Below, one piece after another: positions 8,924 to 19,021 of a stretch of 64,000 bases of DNA; positions within the stretch are counted from its first letter, which is position 1; each line of letters starts with the position of its first letter. Location of the stretch: positions 9,431 through 73,430 of the IMG/VR virus record IMGVR_UViG_3300022752_000054; one strand, written 5' to 3'. The notes beneath the pieces are model-generated. The model had not been told where the DNA came from and did not search any database. It worked only from the letters and a program-made list of their open reading frames with translations. The stretch comes from a virus. The position numbers were made by a program, and so were the translations under genes.

Positions 8924-9436
8924 TCATGATGGTCCGCCGCCGAAGCCACCACCACCGAAGCCTCCACCACCGCCGCTAAGCACTCCGACAGCGATCTTGA
9001 AGGTCACGCCGGAGACAGTTGCGATAAAGTAATAATAAGTTGCCGGTCCCATTACGGCTGAATAAGTGCTGCCGTATGAAGCAGCGAAGTTTATGTCGCC
9101 GAGGGTGAGTGGCACGTTTCCGCTGGCTATTTGAGAGACAGCGTTGTAAGAAGCATCTGAAGTTGATATCGTGTATGCTTGAGATGCATATGTTGATGTC
9201 AACGAATTGAATGCTGCAGATGAGTTCTGGAATACAACGTCGCCACCTTCGTTGACCGTTGTTGTTTCGGTTCCGCCTCCAAACATTGCCGGTCTGGTCC
9301 AAGATACCGCCTCGCCACCACCACCACCACCGCCGCCAAGCGGAGCAGTTCCAGCGGCCATTGAGCCACCAGATCCGGTGAACTTGATTTGTTGCCCAGC
9401 TGTGTGATTTTCTGTTTTCTTGTATTTAATGGCCAT
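8924..9436 (-). CDS. Gly-rich putative virion appendage protein
   Basis: MAI..IKFTGSGGS + poly-G N-terminus resembling 13836..14771; GGAG SD upstream. Confidence 0.55.
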   Translation of the reverse strand: MAIKYKKTENHTAGQQIKFTGSGGSMAAGTAPLGGGGGGGGEAVSWTRPAMFGGGTETTTVNEGGDVVFQNSSAAFNSLTSTYASQAYTISTSDASYNAVSQIASGNVPLTLGDINFAASYGSTYSAVMGPATYYYFIATVSGVTFKIAVGVLSGGGGGFGGGGFGGGPS

Positions 9437-9522
9437 AAAGATCTCCTGATCGAACGCGATGTCGAGCGTCCGACGCAAATATAATTATGTAATCTTTAGT
9501 AGAATCGTTGTAATATAGAATC

Positions 9523-12500
9523 ATGTTCCGAAAATTCGAAATTGTTTTTTCGATGGTTCTGTTCGTTGTTGCAGGAGTCTACTCTACCGCTCGAGCCCAA
9601 TTCACGCCGCCGCTTGATTCCAAAGTGAAGATTCCAAATGTGCTGTTGTTAATCGACACGAGCGGATCAATGACATGGTCCCTTGACGGTGGCAACGCGG
9701 ACTGCAAGGACACTTTAAATCCCAAGAAAGCCAGGTACACGATTCTAGGCGAGGTCCTTACGGGAACCGTGGACGATTTGGATTGTTGGTCTGGGATCGA
9801 TCCCTTGAGCCTTGGAACATCTGCTGTTCCACTCATGTCTAATTCAGAGAGACATCAACCAGGTGGACAGAATTGTGTTCCTACATTAAACCTTGATGTT
9901 GATATCATTAATTCTCTCAAGGCACAACCCTTTGGTTGGCCTTACGAGGCGGCCGATAAAGACAACTCATCCGCCATCACTTACTGCGGTGCTAAGACAT
10001 CGTCGAGGTTCACACGTTGTTTCAACGCTTCGACGTGGGGTACCCGTGACGTGTGCAACAAGGCTAACATCGGTTGGAACCAGGCTGCCGATGGTTTGCT
10101 TGACACCTATGGATCCAAGATTCGTTTTGGAATGATGTCATTTGATTCACTCGTGTGGTCAGGATACTCCACGGCTGATTTCTATTCCAATAAAACGATG
10201 GCATGGTGGACTCCTGAGACCGGTGGAACTGTAACATACACGTATGATCCCCTGTGCCGAAACAACACGATGGGTCACTATTGCTTCCTATATTATTTCC
10301 CATACATGTACTATGACGTGGCTGAATGGTCGTATTGGCATGGAACCGGTACCACGTTGAGTTCTACATGGCTCACAGGAACTAGATCGGCCACGTTGTT
10401 TCCTTCCACAGCTATCGTAGGTGGGATGTACTCGTTGGCTTCATCAGATATTGGTGCCAGGAATTCCCGAGCTTTGCCCCACAAGGGAAGACTGATTGGA
10501 TTCGGACATCCGGATGCAGTTGCTACTGATACGGTTGCACACAACGAAATGGTGCAGGATTCTATCCTTGGTTTGTCGATGAACCTAGAACATAATACTC
10601 CTCTTGCAGCTCTAATGAGGGATGCCTATGAGTTCATTTCAAACGATGTTTCTACCAACGGTGTGACCATTCCCCATCCAACGACTTCAGCACCTACGCT
10701 CACCACAATTGGACCTCAAACTGATGTTTATTTTTCCAATGCTGCCCGTTGTAGAGACACACTAGTGATTCTTGTGACAGATGGTGAGCCTACAGGAGAT
10801 TTGAACGACAGGATGTCGTACTGGGCAGGAAAGCTCGCTGTCGAACAGGATGTCAAGACGATCGTGTTCGGCATTGGATTGGAGACAGCAAGGTGGAAAC
10901 CTAATTCTACAATCCTCTCCAAGAAGTGTAGCGATCTAGTTCCTGCTGATTACAGTTCTGTTTCGACAGGAACTTCGATCTGTACTCGTGATGGATTGAA
11001 CTGGAAGTACGCGGACAATCCACTGTTCACTTCCGGACTTACATCCACCGATAGATCTGCCATTCGTGCCTGTTGCAACCTTCTTGAGACCGCGATCCTT
11101 GGAGATCCAACAAATTCCTACGGACAGGTTCCGTACTTCCCCAACGATCAGGCTCAACTCAAGCAAACCCTTGATACGATCCTCAAATCAATCGCAGGAA
11201 CAACAGTAAGCAGAACTGTTCCGGTCTTCGCCAATATCTCTTCAACCTTTCAATCAGGTAACGCCCCAGCTTCATACTATGAACTACGATCAGCTCTCAT
11301 TCCTGCCTCAAAACCCACCAGTGGAACCCTCGAGCGGGTGAGGTATGCCTGCGATAATTCATCCGAACCTGTTCGACAAAACATCGAAGAGATCAAGGGG
11401 GATCAATTCCACAAGAACCTCGATGCTACATCTGTCAGGCCTCGAAAGTTCATTACTGTTGTTCCGTTGAAGGTTGGAAATGTTGTAAAACCAATGTGGA
11501 CCATCAGGCCTTCCACCGTTGTTGAGGATCAACTAATGGGATCTCCTGCAACTTCAGGAAACTTTGTCAGGTTGGATGGAACATCACCCGATCTTACAGC
11601 ACCATATCAATCTGATTTTGGTGTTACGATCGATAATTTATCTTCCACTATCACAGCCTTGGGCGGAACATATCCGAAAGGATCAGAACTGTTGAACCTT
11701 TCGTCGACCGATGCCTCCACATGTCTGAGCCAGGTTGGTACCAACACATTAGAAGAATGTGCTAAAAGAGTGCTGCAGTGGTACGGAGGAAGTTCTCAGG
11801 TATACCCTCTGTCAAATGGCAACATGTCACCTTCACGAGATCCAAACGTTTGTGGTGGTTGGGACAAGTGCGGTCCGCTAGGAGCAATCTTCAGGTCCAA
11901 TCCCGTGATTGTTGAACCGCCCACACCCAATGCAGCTGAGCAATCATTCTCATCCAATAAACCATCGGGCGCTCAATCATTCTACCAACAACAACGAACT
12001 CGTCCAACGATGCTGTATTCCCAAACGATCGATGGAATCCTACACGCATTTGTCATGTCCAAGAATGCTGCCCTTCCTGATCCATACGGAAACGTATCCA
12101 CGGTGGATTCTCTGGAGAACAACGAGCTATGGAGCTTCATTCCTCCCGCGATCCTTCCACAGATCTGGCCTAACTTCAAGACAGAGGCTCGATTGTTGGA
12201 TGGACCTCTCACAGTTGGAAACGTTGTGTTCAGCAGGAACATGACTCAGACTTCCGAGGGTGCAACAGATCTCTCAGGGTTCAGAACTGTGTTGGTTGGT
12301 TCATCCGGTTACGGAGACTCAGGATTCTACTATGCGATGGATGTCACCAATCCGATGGAACCACGGTTCCTGTGGCAGCTCGTCAACTCATCGGGTGGAA
12401 ACGCGTTGTTCGGAAAGGTCTTACCGGGAGCCGCAATCACAACGCTAAAGATCAAGGATCCAAAGGATGGAATCATCAAACAGGTCGGTGTTGCAATCCT

Positions 12501-13767
12501 TCCAGGAGGAAGAGATCCAGGTACACCCACGGTCACAATGTCTCGTAGGATCTTTTCTACATCACGTTCACCAATCTTCTCATGGAACGGGCAGTATTAT
12601 CCGCGTGCCCTGATCAGAAGCTGGGGCGCAAAGGTACCTTCTCGATCGTTGACCATCGTTGAGCTAGAGACGGGTAGAATCATCGCCCGCATGGCAGGCG
12701 AATGGGGTGATAACCCAGGAAAGACATCGACAGTAACATGCTCAGGCGGTCCCAGCGGAGCTGATGCAACAACTTGTGGTTTATCACCGAGTGTCATCGT
12801 GAATCCGACTCGTGTTAGCTTTGATTCGCCCCTAACAGGAACACCAGTGGCATTTCCATCCGGTGTTGCACAAACATCCACACGGGTATACGTTGGTGAT
12901 GCAGACGGTGTTGTTTGGCGTGTCAACATGATCGACCCAGAACCTCTAAAGTGGACTGCAGAGATTGCATGGGATGCCTACAATCACTCTTCTGTCCCTA
13001 ATAATTCTCTAAAACTATCCTATGTTGTCAATGGAATCAATTCAGGAAACCCTTTAAACCTATCCACAACATCACTGTCAGCTGCTACAATGGGCCAGCC
13101 TATCGAACAACAACCAATTATTTCCGTAGATTCTCGAGGAGTTCTAACTGTGACGCTGACAACAGGCGATGGAGAATCTTTCAACACCGTTTCTCCAGGA
13201 ACTCTCAACTTCCTTACAACATTTGTTGATGGTTTGAACACAAGTGGTACGGCATTCGAGCCAATCATCAATGCCACACAAGGTATTTCAATGGTGTTTA
13301 CCGACGGTGGAAGGGTGACAGGACCCCCTACGCTCTTCGATGGTAAACTATTCTTCAGTTACTTCTCGCCTCAAACGGCGACAGTTTGCACCTCAGGTAA
13401 AAGTGGTTGGTGCGCCGTTGATTTCCTGAATGGTAACAACTCAACTCCAATGGCTGTCATGGATGTGGATCCGTTTCTTCCAGGTAACGATCGTTGCACC
13501 ACATTCCAGAACGGTGAGGTCGTCTTCGGTCTTGCAATCAATGCTGTTCCATCCTGCGTTCAAACGGAGGACAACTTCAACGATCAGTGGTTGGCAGGTC
13601 AATACAACAGTTATTCATCTTCGAAAGGTATGAACTACCAACTCGTGATGCAGACAAGCCAAGGTGGAACATCTGAGAATGGTTCAACAATCAACTCCAC
13701 ACGAATCGCTCTTCCTCCGCCCCGAGCGAAGTCTCGACTACAATCATGGGTCTCCGTGATGCAGTGA
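9523..13767 (+). CDS. pilY1: PilY1/PilC-like type IV pilus tip adhesin (signal peptide, vWA, beta-propeller)
   Basis: Signal peptide; PNVLLLIDTSGSM MIDAS; TPLA, ILVTDGEP; LGAIFRSNP, DGILHAF, ELWSFIP, LDGP, YAMDVTNP..P.FLW, YVGDADG.VWR. Confidence 0.85.
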   Translation: MFRKFEIVFSMVLFVVAGVYSTARAQFTPPLDSKVKIPNVLLLIDTSGSMTWSLDGGNADCKDTLNPKKARYTILGEVLTGTVDDLDCWSGIDPLSLGTSAVPLMSNSERHQPGGQNCVPTLNLDVDIINSLKAQPFGWPYEAADKDNSSAITYCGAKTSSRFTRCFNASTWGTRDVCNKANIGWNQAADGLLDTYGSKIRFGMMSFDSLVWSGYSTADFYSNKTMAWWTPETGGTVTYTYDPLCRNNTMGHYCFLYYFPYMYYDVAEWSYWHGTGTTLSSTWLTGTRSATLFPSTAIVGGMYSLASSDIGARNSRALPHKGRLIGFGHPDAVATDTVAHNEMVQDSILGLSMNLEHNTPLAALMRDAYEFISNDVSTNGVTIPHPTTSAPTLTTIGPQTDVYFSNAARCRDTLVILVTDGEPTGDLNDRMSYWAGKLAVEQDVKTIVFGIGLETARWKPNSTILSKKCSDLVPADYSSVSTGTSICTRDGLNWKYADNPLFTSGLTSTDRSAIRACCNLLETAILGDPTNSYGQVPYFPNDQAQLKQTLDTILKSIAGTTVSRTVPVFANISSTFQSGNAPASYYELRSALIPASKPTSGTLERVRYACDNSSEPVRQNIEEIKGDQFHKNLDATSVRPRKFITVVPLKVGNVVKPMWTIRPSTVVEDQLMGSPATSGNFVRLDGTSPDLTAPYQSDFGVTIDNLSSTITALGGTYPKGSELLNLSSTDASTCLSQVGTNTLEECAKRVLQWYGGSSQVYPLSNGNMSPSRDPNVCGGWDKCGPLGAIFRSNPVIVEPPTPNAAEQSFSSNKPSGAQSFYQQQRTRPTMLYSQTIDGILHAFVMSKNAALPDPYGNVSTVDSLENNELWSFIPPAILPQIWPNFKTEARLLDGPLTVGNVVFSRNMTQTSEGATDLSGFRTVLVGSSGYGDSGFYYAMDVTNPMEPRFLWQLVNSSGGNALFGKVLPGAAITTLKIKDPKDGIIKQVGVAILPGGRDPGTPTVTMSRRIFSTSRSPIFSWNGQYYPRALIRSWGAKVPSRSLTIVELETGRIIARMAGEWGDNPGKTSTVTCSGGPSGADATTCGLSPSVIVNPTRVSFDSPLTGTPVAFPSGVAQTSTRVYVGDADGVVWRVNMIDPEPLKWTAEIAWDAYNHSSVPNNSLKLSYVVNGINSGNPLNLSTTSLSAATMGQPIEQQPIISVDSRGVLTVTLTTGDGESFNTVSPGTLNFLTTFVDGLNTSGTAFEPIINATQGISMVFTDGGRVTGPPTLFDGKLFFSYFSPQTATVCTSGKSGWCAVDFLNGNNSTPMAVMDVDPFLPGNDRCTTFQNGEVVFGLAINAVPSCVQTEDNFNDQWLAGQYNSYSSSKGMNYQLVMQTSQGGTSENGSTINSTRIALPPPRAKSRLQSWVSVMQ

Positions 13768-13775
13768 GCCAAATA

Positions 13776-13810
13776 AAAACGACCGGGAGTTTTAGTTCCC
13801 GGTCGAAAAA
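13776..13810. terminator. bidirectional terminator
   Basis: CGACCGGGA-loop-TCCCGGTCG hairpin between convergent genes. Confidence 0.7.
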
Positions 13811-13835
13811 CTAGGTTAAGTTTTTAGTGTGTAAA

Positions 13836-14771
13836 TCAAACAGCGATTCCATGCTTGGCAGAGAGGTATGCCAATACTTGATTTCTCTCTGATGCTGTAT
13901 GTTGTGTCTTGTAGAGAATTATTTCAGCTATTCTACCGCTGAAACCGTGAGCAATTCTTCCGTCGTAACCCATAAAGCCTCTTTCACCAGCTAGACCGCC
14001 GAGCACGATTTCAGTATTACCTGCGCTTGGCAAATTCATGGTAGTTGTGGATGTCGAATTTGAAATCACTCCGGAAGAAGAACCATTTATCAAGTACTCT
14101 GAATTCTGTAATTGTTCTCCTGATCCGATTATGAATGAAGTAATTTTTGCGTCTGTATTTGCTTGGTACAGATCGCTACCACCCCCTGTGAAGTTTGTAT
14201 CTGAGACCCAGTTTGCAGTTCCGCTACTATTCTGAGGTGACCCTGCCGCCCAACCGTTGACGCCATTTGTATCAGCACCACCCCATGTAATTAATCTATT
14301 GTATGTTTGACCGATAGATATAACTGGTTGCATAGCAAAGGGTATTGCCAAATCTGGTTTGAAAACTGCATACAATGATATTGGATCAGAGCCTGCTGGA
14401 ATGTTTCCTGCTGTAGGATCTCCTGCGAAATACATTGAGAATCCCACAGGGTAATATGGGTCTCCTCCGCGAACGTGATCAAATTTTACTGATTTTTTAC
14501 CGTTAAAATAAGTTCCTGTTGTATCTAATCTTGGTTTCCAGTCGCCGCCATAATTGTATGGACTTAGATTGTTTCCATTTCCGCTCTTATCAGTCCAGCT
14601 AGTGATGTCTGAATCATCTGCTTGCATGATATCTTCTGCATCATACCAGGCTGACATTAGTGTCATCGGAGGCGCTCCGCCTCCGCCTCCGCCTGATGAA
14701 GCAATGCTTAAGCTTCCTCCCGTTCCGCTAAATTTGATGGATCCTCCGGATCCTTTTGTCACTATGGCCAT
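13836..14771 (-). CDS. LamG/ConA-like domain virion fibre protein
   Basis: WYDAED..WTDKSGNGNNL...GRIAEIILY...YLSAKHGI; same domain type as 2593..4137. Confidence 0.7.
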   Translation of the reverse strand: MAIVTKGSGGSIKFSGTGGSLSIASSGGGGGGAPPMTLMSAWYDAEDIMQADDSDITSWTDKSGNGNNLSPYNYGGDWKPRLDTTGTYFNGKKSVKFDHVRGGDPYYPVGFSMYFAGDPTAGNIPAGSDPISLYAVFKPDLAIPFAMQPVISIGQTYNRLITWGGADTNGVNGWAAGSPQNSSGTANWVSDTNFTGGGSDLYQANTDAKITSFIIGSGEQLQNSEYLINGSSSGVISNSTSTTTMNLPSAGNTEIVLGGLAGERGFMGYDGRIAHGFSGRIAEIILYKTQHTASERNQVLAYLSAKHGIAV

Positions 14772-14934
14772 AAAATCTCCTTCTGAACAGTATAAACTCT
14801 GTTCAGTCAATCATAAATATCGTAATTGATTTATATTATAGTTGATTTTTGCATATTACCTGGTTGATCGAGATAATTCTTCGCAAAATAAGCCTGTGAA
14901 AACCTCATCTCAATTATGTTAGTATTATCAAACC

Positions 14935-15543
14935 ATGATCAGGTTCCTTGGAAAGCTGCCTCGCAAGTGTGTGGTTGCCTTCAGCGGTGGTGTTGATTCC
15001 GTGGCAGTGACTGATTTTCTTCTCAACGGAAAGCGTGATGTTCACCTGGCATTTTTTCACCATGGAACTGTGACATCCGATGAGGCAGAGAAGTTTGCAA
15101 AGGAATTCGCCAGGGAGAGGAACCTCAACTTATCCATCGGGCGGATCAGCAATGAAAAGTCACCGGGTGAATCCATGGAGGAATACTGGCGGAACGAGAG
15201 GTATCGATTCCTTTCCATGTACAATTTCCCGGTGATTACTGCACATCACCTTGGAGATGCCGTGGAGACATGGATCTTCAATTCTCTGCACGGAAATCCC
15301 CGAATCTTGCCTTATCAGAGGAACAACATCATCAGGCCTTTCCTTATCACCCCTAAGTCTGAGTTGATTGATTGGGCTAAAAGGAAAGGATTGAAGTGGA
15401 TGGAGGATGAATCCAACAACGATCTGAAGTACATGAGGAACCTGATCAGGCACAAGATCGTCCCTGAGGCAATGGTGATTAATCCTGGTCTTGACAAGGT
15501 TGTAAAGAAGATGTATATTAAGGAAGAGATGAAAGAGGGGTAA
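14935..15543 (+). CDS. tilS: tRNA(Ile)-lysidine synthetase, minimal catalytic domain
   Basis: SGGVDS PP-loop, HHG, E.YWRNERY, TAHH.GD..ET, IRP, EDESN, RN.IRH. Confidence 0.88.
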   Translation: MIRFLGKLPRKCVVAFSGGVDSVAVTDFLLNGKRDVHLAFFHHGTVTSDEAEKFAKEFARERNLNLSIGRISNEKSPGESMEEYWRNERYRFLSMYNFPVITAHHLGDAVETWIFNSLHGNPRILPYQRNNIIRPFLITPKSELIDWAKRKGLKWMEDESNNDLKYMRNLIRHKIVPEAMVINPGLDKVVKKMYIKEEMKEG

Positions 15544-15546
15544 ACT

Positions 15547-15798
15547 ATGGAAATGTTTAGAAAATCCACGTGGATTGAGTTGCGAGTTCCGCCTCCTGCA
15601 GCTGGGATAGTTTTCATCCACGTTGCAAGGCCTGATCGACCATTAATGATAACGGATATCCTAGAGGATGAGATACAACGCGTAGACGTGGCAGGCGTCA
15701 CGGCACCTTGGGGGTCCATCGAAGATTGGCGAGATGAGGTTCGCCATAGAAATATAGAGATTGTTTATGACCCAAAGCATTACATTCAAAAAAGGTGA
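15547..15798 (+). CDS. hypothetical protein
   Basis: ORF with SD, in operon. Confidence 0.55.
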   Translation: MEMFRKSTWIELRVPPPAAGIVFIHVARPDRPLMITDILEDEIQRVDVAGVTAPWGSIEDWRDEVRHRNIEIVYDPKHYIQKR

Positions 15799-16003
15799 TT
15801 TGGTTCTCTACGATAAGTTTGGATCTTATCATGAGTCAGTATCCCCCTCTGTCTTCATTGACGATTTTGCTGTAGGAATTATTCTTGAAATCGTAGAGGA
15901 AAAAAGTGGGGGTGTTGACAACGCTTTCGCAGAGATCATGAAGGAAGATGGGTCAAAAGGTTTCTTTTCTTTATCTTACCTAAATTCGTTCGAACAGCCA
16001 TAA
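15767..16003 (+). CDS. small KGDLV-family protein
   Basis: FKKGDLVL...VGIILE. Confidence 0.6.
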   Translation: MTQSITFKKGDLVLYDKFGSYHESVSPSVFIDDFAVGIILEIVEEKSGGVDNAFAEIMKEDGSKGFFSLSYLNSFEQP

Positions 16004-16015
16004 AAAGGAAATTTG

Positions 16016-16591
16016 ATGAGTGACTTGAAAAATCCGTCGTGGCCGCAGGGACAGTTCGATCATAGGAATGTCATCGATTATTACAAATATTGGGAGCATG
16101 ATGCGATCCTAGCCGACCAAGACAAGAACAGGTGCCGTTTGAAAATCGTGGCTGAGAATTTTGGAAATGACTTCAACATCTCAACCGTCGTGAGATCTTC
16201 CAACGCTTTCTTGTGTAATGAAGTGATCATCGTTGGTCGAAGACGCTGGGATCGCCGCGGAGCTTGCGGAACGCATAATTACGAGCACGTAAACTATGAA
16301 GAGAATATTGGGAGCGTCATTTCCAAGCATCCGAATCATAGAGTGGTCGTGCTAGATAATGTTCCAGGAGCCTCTTCGATTTATGACTATAAATGGCATG
16401 AAGATACATTGCTTGTTTTAGGACAAGAATCAATTGGGGTATCTCCTGAATCGATGGTGGCGGCCCACGATGTGATCTACATCCCGCAGTGGGGTTCTGT
16501 TAGATCGTTGAACGTTGGATCAGCCGCCACAGTAGCCATGGCGTTTTATCGAGGGCAGTGGGGTAAAGATCAGCCGACACCGTCCCAATAA
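16016..16591 (+). CDS. SpoU/TrmH-family RNA 2'-O-methyltransferase
   Basis: N..T.VRS, LVLGQESIGV, IPQWGSVRSLNV. Confidence 0.85.
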   Translation: MSDLKNPSWPQGQFDHRNVIDYYKYWEHDAILADQDKNRCRLKIVAENFGNDFNISTVVRSSNAFLCNEVIIVGRRRWDRRGACGTHNYEHVNYEENIGSVISKHPNHRVVVLDNVPGASSIYDYKWHEDTLLVLGQESIGVSPESMVAAHDVIYIPQWGSVRSLNVGSAATVAMAFYRGQWGKDQPTPSQ

Positions 16592-16974
16592 TTGGACCCG
16601 TCGACGGAACCGGTTAGAATTGGCATGAACCTTCCATCAATCGTGGTTAACGCGCAATAAATGCTGTATGTATATGCGCCTGAAGCATTTGCTCTAACGA
16701 ATATTTCTTTCACTCTTGCATCAAGGGTTATAGTCTGACCACCATTTACTAATACGTAATTTGTTCCATTAATTCCATTCTCAGTAAATCCAACCCTGAT
16801 TCTATTGGTGGCCGTCGTGTCGGTATTCACGAAAGTTATACTTTTAGTGACTTTTGGTAAAGAGTACTTGGCGACGATTACTCCGCTCGTGGCAGCTGTA
16901 ACTGTCCATGGCAAACCTGAAGTTTGAAATTCTGGTGTGCTAAAAAAGCCTGAACTTGGATTATTAAGTGACAT
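16570..16974 (-). CDS. hypothetical virion protein; paralog of 7190..7582
   Basis: FQTSGLPW, PKVTKSI, FTENG, CALTTI, LTGS..GVG. Confidence 0.65.
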   Translation of the reverse strand: MSLNNPSSGFFSTPEFQTSGLPWTVTAATSGVIVAKYSLPKVTKSITFVNTDTTATNRIRVGFTENGINGTNYVLVNGGQTITLDARVKEIFVRANASGAYTYSIYCALTTIDGRFMPILTGSVDGSNYWDGVG

Positions 16975-17020
16975 AATTTCTCATTATATGTATAATGGGA
17001 GCGAGTAAACGGAAGCTAAA

Positions 17021-17386
17021 ATGAAAGTATTGGTTCTAAACGATTCTGAGAGTGAGTTTCTTACAATTGCAGCGCACCACGAAAATTCTGATGTGTTTCA
17101 CGCACACCGTTACCTACAATTTTTACAGCAGATGGATGGACAAGATTGGGACATCGTGTACCTCGATGATGACCTTTCTTCTACAGCTGAACCTGATTCC
17201 TGGTTCGACGGTAACGGGTTCAAGAGACTTTACGATGGCATTCACGCCGCAAGGGCGATAGCTACGTTGGCTGAAATTGGGAAGAACCCCACGAAGCGAG
17301 TCATCATTTCTTCGGCCTCCACCGCCGCGAGCAAAATGCTACAGATTTTATCTGACGTCGGAGTAAACGTCACAAAAAGTACTTGA
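17021..17386 (+). CDS. receiver-like domain protein (cyclic-phosphate-processing receiver type)
   Basis: KVLVLND...DIVYLDDDL...G..AA...IISS; resembles the 'LDHDL' receiver family. Confidence 0.55.
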   Translation: MKVLVLNDSESEFLTIAAHHENSDVFHAHRYLQFLQQMDGQDWDIVYLDDDLSSTAEPDSWFDGNGFKRLYDGIHAARAIATLAEIGKNPTKRVIISSASTAASKMLQILSDVGVNVTKST

Positions 17387-17422
17387 GTTTGAACAAAGAA
17401 TCTTACATTGATTAATTTAGCA

Positions 17423-17929
17423 ATGATGAAAATTACATCTTCACAAAAGTTGTTTCTACATAACGTTCTTTTTCACTATCTCACCCTTCCAGATGTCAGC
17501 GTCAGAACTCAAGATAAAGTTGAAGAGATCATGCAAATTCTTGAAAATGAACTCATTCATCATGATCATGAAGATGATGATTTAGATGACGAACAAAATG
17601 AAAACGTAAAAGTAGAACTTCACCCTTACGATGAAGAAGTTTCTGCATGGAATTTGATGGATTTGCCTCCTTGCAGGGTAAAAACGCCCCGTGGCGAATC
17701 TGGTAATCTATCTTTCTTCGGTGATGACGAGGATCTTCGATTTGATGTCATCGATGACGACGGCACAGTCATCGATGACGGAGAAAAAGTATTGCAGATT
17801 GTCCGCCGTGGTAAAGAGATTGCACTTCTTAATGAAGATGGTGATGAAAAGACCTTTCAAGTCGCAAAATTCCCGAAGGAGTGGACTAGCTTACTTAAGG
17901 CTAACGTAATTCATGGTGTGGTGGATTGA
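17423..17929 (+). CDS. acidic hypothetical protein
   Basis: Long ORF; start uncertain. Confidence 0.6.
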   Translation: MMKITSSQKLFLHNVLFHYLTLPDVSVRTQDKVEEIMQILENELIHHDHEDDDLDDEQNENVKVELHPYDEEVSAWNLMDLPPCRVKTPRGESGNLSFFGDDEDLRFDVIDDDGTVIDDGEKVLQIVRRGKEIALLNEDGDEKTFQVAKFPKEWTSLLKANVIHGVVD

Positions 17930-18249
17930 GTATGATGTTACAGCTATCACCTCAAGAATTGCTTGACTTATATAAAGCCGTATTACTTTCGAACGACTCT
18001 GTTTCACGTCATGATATTCTCATGAAAATAGAGCATATAATGCTTTCTTCGTTAGAAAATTCTTGGCAAAAAACCGTAACGACAGGGTTTGATAAATGGT
18101 TAAAGTCTGAGACAAACAAGATTAAAGATCTAGAAGACGAGATTAAGAAAATAAATGAATCAATACCTAGGGAAGAATTAATTAAAAAATTTGTGCCTGC
18201 TTCTTCCTCAAGAAATAAGCAAAAAGGAAGACCGAGAAAAAACAAATGA
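17926..18249 (+). CDS. hypothetical protein
   Basis: Coupled ORF with C-terminal KGRPRK. Confidence 0.55.
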   Translation: MSMMLQLSPQELLDLYKAVLLSNDSVSRHDILMKIEHIMLSSLENSWQKTVTTGFDKWLKSETNKIKDLEDEIKKINESIPREELIKKFVPASSSRNKQKGRPRKNK

Positions 18250-18338
18250 TTCAGGGGCCAAAATAGTTTCGACGAAGTTCTAATGCCAAATGACACAGGC
18301 CCAAGTGAACGAGTATCAGCATACTTATATAAAAATAT

Positions 18339-18941
18339 ATGAACATCATTAAAGACATCTCAAAGCGTTTAGAAAAAGTCGAGCTGCGTTACAGCCCGGT
18401 GATCATCAGGGTGAATAAATTTGACGAGGAGGCCGCTGAAAAGTTCTCCAACCAAATGTCGGCCGCTCAGTCCACGGGTCAAACGATGATCCCCGTGGTC
18501 ATAGACTCTTATGGGGGTCAAGTCTACTCTCTCATGTCCATGATCGCAAACATTAAGGCTTCAAACATTCCGGTGGCAACAATCGTCGAAGGTAAGGCTA
18601 TGTCATGCGGAGCTTTGTTATTCAGTTATGGTGCTTCTGGATATCGCTTCATGGATAAACATGCAACCATCATGATCCATGACGTCTCCAGTGGTGCGCG
18701 CGGCAAGATCGAAGAGATCAAGGCCGACGCAAAAGAAGGTGACAGGTTGAATCAGCTTGTGTATAGAGAAATGGCCGCAAATTGTGGTAAAGAACCTGAA
18801 TTCTTTTTGAAGCAAATTCATGATAGGTCACACGCCGACTGGTATTTGGACGCAGAAGAAGCCCAATCGATCGGTCTGGCAAACCATTTACGAGTTCCTA
18901 GCCTCAAGGTGAAGGTCGACGTGTCTTATAGCTTTGAGTGA
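18339..18941 (+). CDS. clpP: ClpP-like protease subunit
   Basis: IDSYGG.V, G.AMSCG catalytic Ser, IMIH, DWYL.AEEA..GL. Confidence 0.85.
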   Translation: MNIIKDISKRLEKVELRYSPVIIRVNKFDEEAAEKFSNQMSAAQSTGQTMIPVVIDSYGGQVYSLMSMIANIKASNIPVATIVEGKAMSCGALLFSYGASGYRFMDKHATIMIHDVSSGARGKIEEIKADAKEGDRLNQLVYREMAANCGKEPEFFLKQIHDRSHADWYLDAEEAQSIGLANHLRVPSLKVKVDVSYSFE

Positions 18942-19021
18942 TCAAACAATTATAATTCGTTGGCGATTTTAAGCCATAATTATTCTTGTGGGACATCTAC
19001 AGATGTCTCTGAGGAGTAATT

